A model generated the notes under the pieces. That model saw only the letters and a list, made by a program, of their open reading frames with translations. It was not told the DNA's origin and ran no database searches. Shown here piece after piece: positions 19,148 through 27,517 of a DNA stretch of 60,660 nucleotides. A program made the position numbers and the translations under genes. Numbering within the stretch: position 1 is the stretch's first letter; every line of letters begins with the position of its first letter. Source of the stretch: a virus (Duplodnaviria; Caudoviricetes); IMG/VR virus record IMGVR_UViG_3300025310_000006, positions 1 through 60,660 of that record; one strand, given 5' to 3'.

Positions 19148-20260
19148 TTATTCCTTCGGAAGAGACTGAATTTTCTTATGGATTTCTTCGCACTTCTTTT
19201 TTATCTCATCGTTCAGGGAGTTCACCTTCTCAGCAGTCTTTATATAAGTCTTATCTTGGGACATAGGCTTCAAAGCGCCCATAATGGACTTTCTTGCATT
19301 CCATAGAACCTTTCCTGGCACTCCCTTCTCTTCACCGACACGTGCGCGCTCGTTTCTAACTACCTGAACTCCATCCGGTCCCTCCCATGCCACTAACACA
19401 GCCTGCTCGGCATCTGCAAGTTGAATCTTCAATTCGGTGTTATTACTATCCGCTTTGAGTAATTCCAATATTTCCTTCACTTTCACTTTAGCCTTGTTAT
19501 AGACACCCCAACGGCGAGCCTCAAGCGCACCCAATTCCTTCAAGCGAGCGTCATATTTCTCGGACTGCCGTTTATCCACAGCAGCCATCCTCGAATTTAT
19601 CTGACTTTCTATTTCCCTTATAGTAGAATTTAAATCTCTAGTATTTCCTTCAATAAAGGCAGAATGCGATATACCTCTTCTCTTTTCCGATAGTGTCTTG
19701 AGGGAAGATAATTCAGCCAATAGCAATTCATATTCACGGCGAGTCTTCAAGCCCTCTTCTTTCTTCTTGAGAGTATTGAATTGGACAACCGTATCAAGGT
19801 ATTGCTTTTCAACTGCAACGAGTATAGGAGCATATATGGCTTCGTCAAGCTGCCTCACCCTTCCTATAAGGAGTGCCTGCCCAACTTCCGTTCCAAGCTC
19901 TTCATCGCTAGTATTATCTAATATTTCTTTCACTTTTTGAACCAGTGTAGCAGGAGTTATAAGCGAAATGTTGTCGAGATTGAAATCACCGTTTATAAAA
20001 GCTGGAGCCTGCTCTTCGGAAACCTTTGCAGGTTCCTGCGGTGGTGTTATAGTAGGAGTCGCGGTAGGAGTCGGTTGGACGGCTACTGGAGTGTCCACCT
20101 TTTGTGGGACTGGCTGCGTTGCTGTTGGTAATGGATTCTTATCACCGCTTGTGATGTAGTATCCATATCCACCGACACCTACGGCAGAAACGAGTAGTAG
20201 AGTAGCCACAACATTCTTGAACTTCATAAAGTCTCCTTTGGATGACTTTATTCTACTCAA
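19148..20260 (-). CDS. Membrane-anchored coiled-coil protein (probable start 20227)
   Basis: N-terminal TM, Pro/Thr linker and long helical region. Confidence 0.7.
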   Translation of the reverse strand: MSRIKSSKGDFMKFKNVVATLLLVSAVGVGGYGYYITSGDKNPLPTATQPVPQKVDTPVAVQPTPTATPTITPPQEPAKVSEEQAPAFINGDFNLDNISLITPATLVQKVKEILDNTSDEELGTEVGQALLIGRVRQLDEAIYAPILVAVEKQYLDTVVQFNTLKKKEEGLKTRREYELLLAELSSLKTLSEKRRGISHSAFIEGNTRDLNSTIREIESQINSRMAAVDKRQSEKYDARLKELGALEARRWGVYNKAKVKVKEILELLKADSNNTELKIQLADAEQAVLVAWEGPDGVQVVRNERARVGEEKGVPGKVLWNARKSIMGALKPMSQDKTYIKTAEKVNSLNDEIKKKCEEIHKKIQSLPKE

Positions 20261-20276
20261 CCCTAAAATTTGTCAA

Positions 20277-20840
20277 TCACAGAAGTATTATTATAAGCAG
20301 TACTTGAAGTATACCAATAATTAGCCCAAGATAGAATCCCATGTTTATTATGGATTTCATCTCCTTCTTAGCCACATCATTTACCATCTTCTCAAGCTTT
20401 ATCACATCAAAGTTTTCAATCTTCTCCCTAACCATATTATAAATGAAGTCGTTTGTCGAGGCTTTCATTTCAGAATCATCGGCAAGCCCATCTTTCAGAG
20501 TTTCAGAAACCATCTCTGTTAGAAACTCACCTATGATGCCTCCAATAAAAGATTTCTTATTACCAAGCATTGAATTGACTGTATTACCTATGACACCATT
20601 CAATCCACTAGAGCCACCTATCTTATCCTTTATGGAGTCAAAATTGACTAGCTCTTTAGATACTACTTCTGCTATCTTATGAGCCAACTCCTTTTGCTTC
20701 TTAGGTATCAACCCCTGAAATCCTAGAATTGGTTTCCTGGGATAGAAAAGCATCTTGACAGCCAGCCAGTTAGTAGCCCAGCTATGAAAAGCAGCTACAA
20801 GAGCGATAGAGGCGTACTTGAGATAGAGAATGTCTATCAT
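20277..20840 (-). CDS. DUF445 (YheB-like) membrane protein
   Basis: TNWLAVKMLFYP...QGLIPKKQKELA...V..EL and C-terminal EMKSIINMGFYLGLIIGILQ. Confidence 0.85.
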   Translation of the reverse strand: MIDILYLKYASIALVAAFHSWATNWLAVKMLFYPRKPILGFQGLIPKKQKELAHKIAEVVSKELVNFDSIKDKIGGSSGLNGVIGNTVNSMLGNKKSFIGGIIGEFLTEMVSETLKDGLADDSEMKASTNDFIYNMVREKIENFDVIKLEKMVNDVAKKEMKSIINMGFYLGLIIGILQVLLIIILL

Positions 20841-21322
20841 ATAGTCATCTGCTCTCTGATAGTATTCCTATGAAGGTTGGTTGAGTTTATGTCTTCAATG
20901 ATTTGCTTATACAGATACTCTTCGAATGTATTGAGCAAGTCTTCAAAGTCTTTTATGTAAGCCGTGGCACGGATGCGTGTCTCTGAAGACTTAGACTTGG
21001 TGAGTATCAATAGACTCTCAACGAATCTCACAAAGGCTCCATCCATGAAGATGAAGTTGTTTATTGGCTTGTCATCTTTCTTGTTGTCTTGCATAGCAGC
21101 CGAAATAACCATCTTATATCTTTCGATAATGAAAAACCATCTTTCAACTGTTGGCTTATGCTCCCCCGGTATTGGACATCCTATAAATATCTCTACAGAT
21201 GCTATGTCTTTGAATCTGGTATCGTCATGCACTTTCTGTGCATCGCTGCTGAAGGCAGTCTTGAAAGCGTCTTCAAGATAACCCGACCATCTTACAAGGG
21301 GATTGCGCTCTTCAGTCGTCAT
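20837..21322 (-). CDS. Hypothetical protein
   Basis: 161-aa ORF translationally coupled on both sides. Confidence 0.7.
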   Translation of the reverse strand: MTTEERNPLVRWSGYLEDAFKTAFSSDAQKVHDDTRFKDIASVEIFIGCPIPGEHKPTVERWFFIIERYKMVISAAMQDNKKDDKPINNFIFMDGAFVRFVESLLILTKSKSSETRIRATAYIKDFEDLLNTFEEYLYKQIIEDINSTNLHRNTIREQMTI

Positions 21323-21845
21323 GCTTCTTTTCCTTCAGCGTATCAATATATGTCTTCATAGCAAGATAGCGAGCATCGCTTTTATTGCTCAACGGCAAGT
21401 TAGCATGTTCTATATCGGCTGAAGTCTCCAGTATCATGATACGAAGCTGTCTAAGCTGTTCTTTCTGCTCTTCCAACTTTATCTTGGCTACATTGTAGTC
21501 TTCTTCTATCTTGCTCTTTGTAGCATCGAGGAATTTTATGTCTTCCTCTTTTATACCATTCCTCGAAAGTCTTTCCTTTTCGACATCACACTCAACCATC
21601 ATGGCTTTGTATGAAGATATGACTTTTATAAGTTTCTCTACAGAGCGTTCTGTCTTCACCTTTTCAAATTCTAATTCAGCCTTTGAGTTTGATGTCCCGA
21701 TATACTTCTTGCTACGCAAAAACTTCTCTCTAACCCAAAATAAACCATCGTCTATTTTCTCCTTGTTATTCTTGTATAGCTTCTGTGGTATACCAAGAAC
21801 GACACCAGCCAAACCCAAAAGTGTAACGGATATGAGGGTGAACAT
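21312..21845 (-). CDS. TM plus coiled-coil protein (PspA-like architecture)
   Basis: Hydrophobic N-terminus and long E/K-rich heptads. Confidence 0.6.
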   Translation of the reverse strand: MFTLISVTLLGLAGVVLGIPQKLYKNNKEKIDDGLFWVREKFLRSKKYIGTSNSKAELEFEKVKTERSVEKLIKVISSYKAMMVECDVEKERLSRNGIKEEDIKFLDATKSKIEEDYNVAKIKLEEQKEQLRQLRIMILETSADIEHANLPLSNKSDARYLAMKTYIDTLKEKKHDD

Positions 21846-22513
21846 TACTTTCCTTTTTGCTCCTTGAACTTACGATACTTTTCCTTCATCTCAAATCTCT
21901 TGACGATGTTATCGTTGACGGAGTATTCGCTATGTCCAGTGTAACGGGATATGACTTCATTTGTCATGGTGCCGTATCCCATAACGGCAACCTTATCCAA
22001 TCTTTTTTGCGATTCTTCTATTTCGTTCTTGTGCTTGAAGACAACTTGGGCTATCTGAGCTTGAGCCAGTCTTTCCTTTAGAACAGTTTTCTCATACGCC
22101 TTCAAAGATTCTTCACGGCTCTTTATGAGGGCTTCCTTCTGAGATATACCCTGAAGGGTTACATCTCTCTGTGTCTTCTTGACACCGAATTCATGCTTAT
22201 AAGAATCTCTCTCATCCTGTGACAAGTCAGCATCATCTTTAGCGAATTCAAGAAACTCAATTTCTTCTTCAAGCCTCTTGAGTAGAGACTTGTCAACCGC
22301 AAGCTCGGCTTTATCGTTTCTGAGGGATTCCTTCTCAGCCTCATACTCAAGCTTTATATTTTCTTCAGCGTTTCCAAGTATCATACCCTGTCCAAACTTG
22401 GTGCGCATGAAACGCTTCTTCACAACACCGACAACGGCTCTAGCGGGGGCAGTATTTCGAGCAAACCAAGCAGCCAAAGCACCGCCTCCAACTATCAATG
22501 ACTCAAATAACAT
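21845..22513 (-). CDS. Coiled-coil protein with hydrophobic N-terminus (PspA/IM30-like architecture)
   Basis: 222 aa; N-terminal hydrophobic/amphipathic helix, long coiled coil, and KERLAQAQI resembling a PspA-type segment. Confidence 0.55.
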   Translation of the reverse strand: MLFESLIVGGGALAAWFARNTAPARAVVGVVKKRFMRTKFGQGMILGNAEENIKLEYEAEKESLRNDKAELAVDKSLLKRLEEEIEFLEFAKDDADLSQDERDSYKHEFGVKKTQRDVTLQGISQKEALIKSREESLKAYEKTVLKERLAQAQIAQVVFKHKNEIEESQKRLDKVAVMGYGTMTNEVISRYTGHSEYSVNDNIVKRFEMKEKYRKFKEQKGK

Positions 22514-23240
22514 TGTGTATCTCCTTGTCTATGTCTTTGCTGTATGTATCTATAATAGTTTGCAATTCCATGTCAGACATATCTTTTATATTATAGCATG
22601 AATGATATGAATTACTTTTACTTATTTTCTCACCGTCAATCTTTATATTCTTGAAATTTGTAACTGTATAGTTAGAATTCAAGGAATTGAGAATAAGTAT
22701 TTGCATTTTACTCATTTCTCTATATTCACCACTATCAATATTCCATTCATCTCCCCTAAGTATATGAGAATGATTCCAGAATGCGTCTTCTACAAGGAAT
22801 AGAGGCATATGTGAATAAAATGAATTTCCAAAAAGCTTATCTATAGCGTCTTTCTTGTCCGACAAACGATATACATCATCGACATCCAATCCGGTTCTCA
22901 TAATCTGCTCAACCGTTTTACGCATAAATTCATCGGTTAGAGATTTGGGTCTTGTTATCTCGTAAAGTCCCTTTCCGGGTAAATGAGCGGTTGAATCCGC
23001 CTCCCATCTCGGATCCTTCTTCGGATAGTCATTGAATGTTGAGGCAAACTTTACATAGGAATCATCAAATCGTATATGAAACTTGGTTTTATTCTTCTTA
23101 GCATAGGCATGTGAATAAACTAAACCATACAGGTGTCCAATATGCATCTCACCCACAGGATTCACCGATATGGCGAATCTGGTTCTATTATGTTCAAACA
23201 ATATAGTCATGCTTCTTTCTTTGGTAATATGTTTGTCCAC
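22503..23240 (-). CDS. Minimal glutamyl-tRNA synthetase-like (class Ib) catalytic domain with no anticodon-binding domain
   Basis: RFAISVNPVGEMHIGH (HIGH), KFHIRFDD, VEDAFWNHSHILRGDEW, GEKISKS (KMSKS). Only about 240 aa. Confidence 0.75.
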   Translation of the reverse strand: MDKHITKERSMTILFEHNRTRFAISVNPVGEMHIGHLYGLVYSHAYAKKNKTKFHIRFDDSYVKFASTFNDYPKKDPRWEADSTAHLPGKGLYEITRPKSLTDEFMRKTVEQIMRTGLDVDDVYRLSDKKDAIDKLFGNSFYSHMPLFLVEDAFWNHSHILRGDEWNIDSGEYREMSKMQILILNSLNSNYTVTNFKNIKIDGEKISKSNSYHSCYNIKDMSDMELQTIIDTYSKDIDKEIHNVI

Positions 23241-24178
23241 ATTTTAGATATCATTTCCTCAGACACCAACCAATCAAGTCCGTTGAATCTTTCAATATAC
23301 TGACGATCATTGCGAAACTTTGTTACCACATCGGCTAAGAAAGAATACTGCTTATAACATATAGCATTGAAGAAGCTAGGAGTCTTGGAGTTTTTTATGA
23401 ACCAACCAATGGAATCTTTGAAGAATACTATGTCATTGAATATGGAGTAGTGTTCGACTGTTATAACATGGCTCTTCATGGATGCACCACGGTGTAAGAG
23501 TCTTCCGTCAAAGTCAATACTCAGGACATTGGTTGGATTAAGAACTGCCCAATGGGCAAAGTTTCCCAAGCCGCTGTCTACCTTGTGAACTCCATCTTTT
23601 GCTTTAGCGTCCATCTCTTCATCAACCAGTCTTCCACCTGTGAAGGTTTCTTTATCTTTTATATTATAGATGTAGTTGCATAGGAATAGATTCATGAGGA
23701 ATAGGTGGTTGTTTCCACTGTAGAAATCATAAGAGGTTTCAGCATCACCGTCAACGCGCTTTTTCCAAGCATTCACTACCATGTAAGCAGATGGATTACT
23801 GTCCATTGTAGTAAGCATATCATCTAATATGTTACTCTCAACGAAGCAGTCCGTATGGAGATAGAAAGCTTTATAAGTGGTATTATCCAAAAGCTTTCCG
23901 AATACATATGCCTGCTGGGATGCTTCGTCTGGTTCTTTACTTCCAATGACATACAAATCAAACTTATCACTAACCATTTCCGCGAGTGATGTAAAAAATT
24001 CATCTTCTTTGAAGTCGTATTTTAGAACATCGTTTACCGATACTATGACACATTGTATATTGTTGTTGTTCTTGTATAGGTTATGAATACATCTTAGTAA
24101 AAATAGCTGAGTACCCTCAACATAATTTATTAGAACGGCGTTGTCATAACCTTTTTTCAGTATAAGATCAGTTTGCAT
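23207..24178 (-). CDS. Putative GT-A-fold glycosyltransferase-like protein
   Basis: AVLINY...LLRCIHNLY...CVIVSVND and KAFYLHTDCFV (the HxD/DxD position of GT2-like enzymes), with a late LLHRG. Confidence 0.5.
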   Translation of the reverse strand: MQTDLILKKGYDNAVLINYVEGTQLFLLRCIHNLYKNNNNIQCVIVSVNDVLKYDFKEDEFFTSLAEMVSDKFDLYVIGSKEPDEASQQAYVFGKLLDNTTYKAFYLHTDCFVESNILDDMLTTMDSNPSAYMVVNAWKKRVDGDAETSYDFYSGNNHLFLMNLFLCNYIYNIKDKETFTGGRLVDEEMDAKAKDGVHKVDSGLGNFAHWAVLNPTNVLSIDFDGRLLHRGASMKSHVITVEHYSIFNDIVFFKDSIGWFIKNSKTPSFFNAICYKQYSFLADVVTKFRNDRQYIERFNGLDWLVSEEMISKMWTNILPKKEA

Positions 24179-25094
24179 GTTTCACCATTCCTTTTATTAT
24201 ATCAATTTCTTCTTTTAGTTGCTTCCATGTTGGGTGGCGATTATTCATGAAATGATGTTCATCGGAAACCAGTCCGTCATATCCACGGTTTAGTAGTTTT
24301 CTCCCATTCTTATTGAGAATACCAACCGCACCTTCTGTTCCACCTAAAACCGGAATGCCGTATTTCTTCATACCTATAAACCAGTTATCAGTATCGTACA
24401 TAGCATTCATAGATATCAAGCCAACCTTATATCTTTCAACCATTTTCTCAATATAAGGTATCATTCCCCTATTGGCTATATCGAAAGTATCGTTTCTTCT
24501 AAATGTTATTGGTAATAGGCATTTGTTCGGAACGCTTTCAAGTATATGATTGAATCGTTTAAGATAGTTTCCGATTATGAAAGGTTTGGCGATTTTCCAA
24601 GACTCCTTATCTTTATCATTTTTGAAGTCAATATATTTGTTTATTGATATGTTATTATCTTTCAACAACGATTGACTATGCTCATCACAAAAAGGAGATG
24701 GGTGCATAACCGAGTCAACCATACATGTTTCATGGTGTATCATGAGATACCAGGGCATATCCGTCACAACCCATTTATCTATCAATGTATTAGCTGCAAT
24801 TTCTTCAGCCGCTTTCTTAGCCCACTCATCAGCAGCTTGAAAATTGTTTTGTTTCAAAGCAATTCCACTTGCACTTACGAATGGTGATATTGGCTTTTCC
24901 TTCCTCAATACACTTGGAAGTAAAGATATGATAGTGAAACCTTTATCTTTAGCCTTGTTTATAAATTCTATGTCAACTGATTCCCATATTGATATGGTGT
25001 CTATACCAAGAAACTTCAGCTTTTCTAAAAAGTCATCAGACTTTTCTTTATAGTATTCCTTGGATAGTTTCTTCCAGATGTGAACACATAGCAT
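24168..25094 (-). CDS. Hypothetical protein, possibly a TIM-barrel glycoside-hydrolase-like fold
   Basis: LEKLKFLGIDTISIW...FINKAKDKGFTII alternating beta/alpha pattern. Family assignment is weak. Confidence 0.5.
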   Translation of the reverse strand: MLCVHIWKKLSKEYYKEKSDDFLEKLKFLGIDTISIWESVDIEFINKAKDKGFTIISLLPSVLRKEKPISPFVSASGIALKQNNFQAADEWAKKAAEEIAANTLIDKWVVTDMPWYLMIHHETCMVDSVMHPSPFCDEHSQSLLKDNNISINKYIDFKNDKDKESWKIAKPFIIGNYLKRFNHILESVPNKCLLPITFRRNDTFDIANRGMIPYIEKMVERYKVGLISMNAMYDTDNWFIGMKKYGIPVLGGTEGAVGILNKNGRKLLNRGYDGLVSDEHHFMNNRHPTWKQLKEEIDIIKGMVKHAN

Positions 25095-25097
25095 ATA

Positions 25098-27110
25098 TCA
25101 GCATGGTCCTGGCGTCGATGACCAAGTAGAGATGCCCGAATTGCATCCACTCTCAGTCCAACAGGTATTATAAACGGAATTGTATATTGAGTATGGAGTT
25201 CCAGATTGTGGTCCTATACAGTTCAATCCGGTGCCAGATGGAGCGCCCCACCCAATATTGGAAGCTCCCGCAACAAAGAACAATGCTCCGTCAACCGGAT
25301 CACATGGGTTTGGACCCGGATCAGAGCTACTGGAGCTTGAGCTTGAGCTAGATGAGCTAGAGGATGAGCTTGAGCTAGAGCTAGATGAGCTAGAAGAGCT
25401 AGAGGATGAGCTTGAGCTAGATGAGCTACTGGAGCTTGAGCTTGAGCTAGATGAGCTAGAGGATGAGCTTGAGCTAGAGCTAGATGAGCTACTGGAGCTT
25501 GAGCTTGAGCTAGATGAGCTAGAGGATGAGCTTGAGCTAGAGCTAGATGAGCTAGAAGAGCTAGAGGATGAGCTTGAGCTAGATGAGCTACTGGAGCTTG
25601 AGCTTGAGCTAGATGAGCTAGAGGATGAGCTTGAGCTAGAGCTAGATGAGCTACTGGAGCTTGAGCTTGAGCTAGATGAGCTACTGGAGCTAGAGGATGA
25701 GCTTGAGCTAGATGAGCTACTGGAGCTTGAGCTTGAGCTTGAGCTTGAGCTAGATGAGCTACTGGAGCTAGAAGAACTTGATGATGGGAAGCAGCATATA
25801 CAACAATCGTCAAGATTATCGAATACTATGTTTCCAGAAGTGTTTACATATATGTCGAAACACTTTCCAGGCTCAATATTTTTTATGAAATGAGTATAGA
25901 GAGCTTTTCCGTATACCTTATTGTAGTAATTTGTAGTTGTCCTCGAATACCATCCAATATCCTTGAAGTCTGGATGATCGACGAAGTAGCTTGTATTCTT
26001 ATAATAATCGTTATACAAAGCTCCACTTATCTCACCGACATAAGCGGCGCCGGATGTGTATTCACTCAAAACATCAGTTGGTAAGTGGACTTTCCATTTC
26101 TCGTCGCCAACTGGAATAATCTCAGTTTCCCATGTTAGGATGTTGTCGGGATTGTAGATGTCAAGTGGATCCCTGATATTGTCGATCGGAAACTTCCACG
26201 CTATCAGTTTGATATCTTCGGTATACTCAGCCTTTATCTCTTTACCTTCTTTGACATCATCCGGAATACTGGCTTGAGGATAGTAAAGGTTTCCATCTAT
26301 AGAGTGGCTTCGAACATTACAATTCTTGTATGTTCCGTCCAAGTTTCTATCAATTCTCGTTGACAGGTTGTATGAGAACCAAATGGTTCCGAAAGACCAT
26401 GTATAACGCTCGCCCAAATCCCAGGTTTGCTTTGTGTCGTTTAGATATCCTACACCTACATTGTTTCCAATGTTGTAGTTGTTGAACTTTCCGTTATACC
26501 ATGTATCAATCTTCAAGTCCTCGGAGTGAAGAACTGGAACCCCGTTCCCGGCAGTCTTCATCATAAGGTTCAATCCGTTTATCGTAACAAACTTATCGTC
26601 AAGATAATCTTGATCTACGAATACGATTTGATATTTGCTATTTGTATCGTTTGGTAGTTTTGGCGGATTTGGACCATACGGAACTCTTTCCGCTATTGGA
26701 GATTTAGTCTTGAATCCTGAAGCTTCTCTACGCTTGGTTACAATGTTTGCAAAAAGAAATACCTTAGCACAATCTTTTATCTCTTCAGGATAAAAGTCCT
26801 TATTATCAAATATGTAAGGATTCGAATATATGAACTCTTGTGTTGGATTGCCTGGATTACCAAGAAATAGGGGAATGATAACCCCCGTAGCCATCGTTGG
26901 ATGGTCGGATACAGGGAGTGGGCTAAGAGTCGCTTCATCAATTCCAGAAGCTATTACAGGAGTGTCACTGGTATTGGCTATAGCGTTTTTAAACTCTAGC
27001 TCTTTTTCAGGATACGGAGAAGTAGTACGAATGGGAACGCTGTTCGCTCCATTCTTACCGAAGTTGCCTACTATTACCGGCTTTCGAGATCCTCTACTTC
27101 TCAGTGACAT
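25098..27110 (-). CDS. Poly-serine protein (154 consecutive Ser) with Cys-rich flanks, probably a virion appendage
   Basis: 670-aa ORF with GAGGA RBS. DDCCICCFP precedes the tract and a Cys-containing domain of about 75 aa follows it. Confidence 0.8.
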   Translation of the reverse strand: MSLRSRGSRKPVIVGNFGKNGANSVPIRTTSPYPEKELEFKNAIANTSDTPVIASGIDEATLSPLPVSDHPTMATGVIIPLFLGNPGNPTQEFIYSNPYIFDNKDFYPEEIKDCAKVFLFANIVTKRREASGFKTKSPIAERVPYGPNPPKLPNDTNSKYQIVFVDQDYLDDKFVTINGLNLMMKTAGNGVPVLHSEDLKIDTWYNGKFNNYNIGNNVGVGYLNDTKQTWDLGERYTWSFGTIWFSYNLSTRIDRNLDGTYKNCNVRSHSIDGNLYYPQASIPDDVKEGKEIKAEYTEDIKLIAWKFPIDNIRDPLDIYNPDNILTWETEIIPVGDEKWKVHLPTDVLSEYTSGAAYVGEISGALYNDYYKNTSYFVDHPDFKDIGWYSRTTTNYYNKVYGKALYTHFIKNIEPGKCFDIYVNTSGNIVFDNLDDCCICCFPSSSSSSSSSSSSSSSSSSSSSSSSSSSSSSSSSSSSSSSSSSSSSSSSSSSSSSSSSSSSSSSSSSSSSSSSSSSSSSSSSSSSSSSSSSSSSSSSSSSSSSSSSSSSSSSSSSSSSSSSSSSSSSSSSSSSSSSSSSSSSSSSSSSSSSSSSSDPGPNPCDPVDGALFFVAGASNIGWGAPSGTGLNCIGPQSGTPYSIYNSVYNTCWTESGCNSGISTWSSTPGPC
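25323..25784 (-). repeat. 462-bp mixed-codon serine tract (AGC/TCA/TCT/TCC/AGT) with higher-order repeats
   Basis: The plus strand is built from GAGCT(T/A) hexamers. Blocks such as GATGAGCTACTGGAGCTTGAGCTTGAGCTA recur. Confidence 0.95.
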
Positions 27111-27118
27111 TTAGTTCC

Positions 27119-27478
27119 TCATTGTGGCGGCGGCTCCGCGGGCGCAGCAGTCCGCCGTAATAGGTGTTCCTCCGCCTTTTCCTTTGGTATATTTATCTTG
27201 AAGAAGAAGGGAATTTCTTCGAGGTTCGACAAGTCAAGTCCCAAGTCAACGCTAACGATTTCATCGTCACCGAGACGCTGCTTGACAAGATCGGTAACCT
27301 TCACACGAAGATAGTGCATGGAATCGGCTGTAAACTGCTTGGTTTGCTGAACATACTCAGTCAACACTTCCTGAATGCAGCGTTCGACTATCTTCTTTGT
27401 AACGGGATTGAGAGCCGTAGCTGGGGTTGGTGCCATCTGTCCCTGACTGATGGTTGGTGGTGTTTGATTTTCACTCAT
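27119..27478 (-). CDS. Hypothetical protein
   Basis: AGGAGA RBS; 119 aa. Confidence 0.7.
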   Translation of the reverse strand: MSENQTPPTISQGQMAPTPATALNPVTKKIVERCIQEVLTEYVQQTKQFTADSMHYLRVKVTDLVKQRLGDDEIVSVDLGLDLSNLEEIPFFFKINIPKEKAEEHLLRRTAAPAEPPPQ

Positions 27479-27517
27479 TGTAGATTCTCCTGTGGACTAT
27501 ATTATACTTTGTTTTTA

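Noticed and set aside
25180-25893. Plus-strand ORF rich in ELELD, and the alternate-frame AHLAQ ORF (25223-25813)
   Set aside because: These are shadow frames of the poly-Ser codon repeat; the minus-strand 670-aa ORF has the RBS and operon context.
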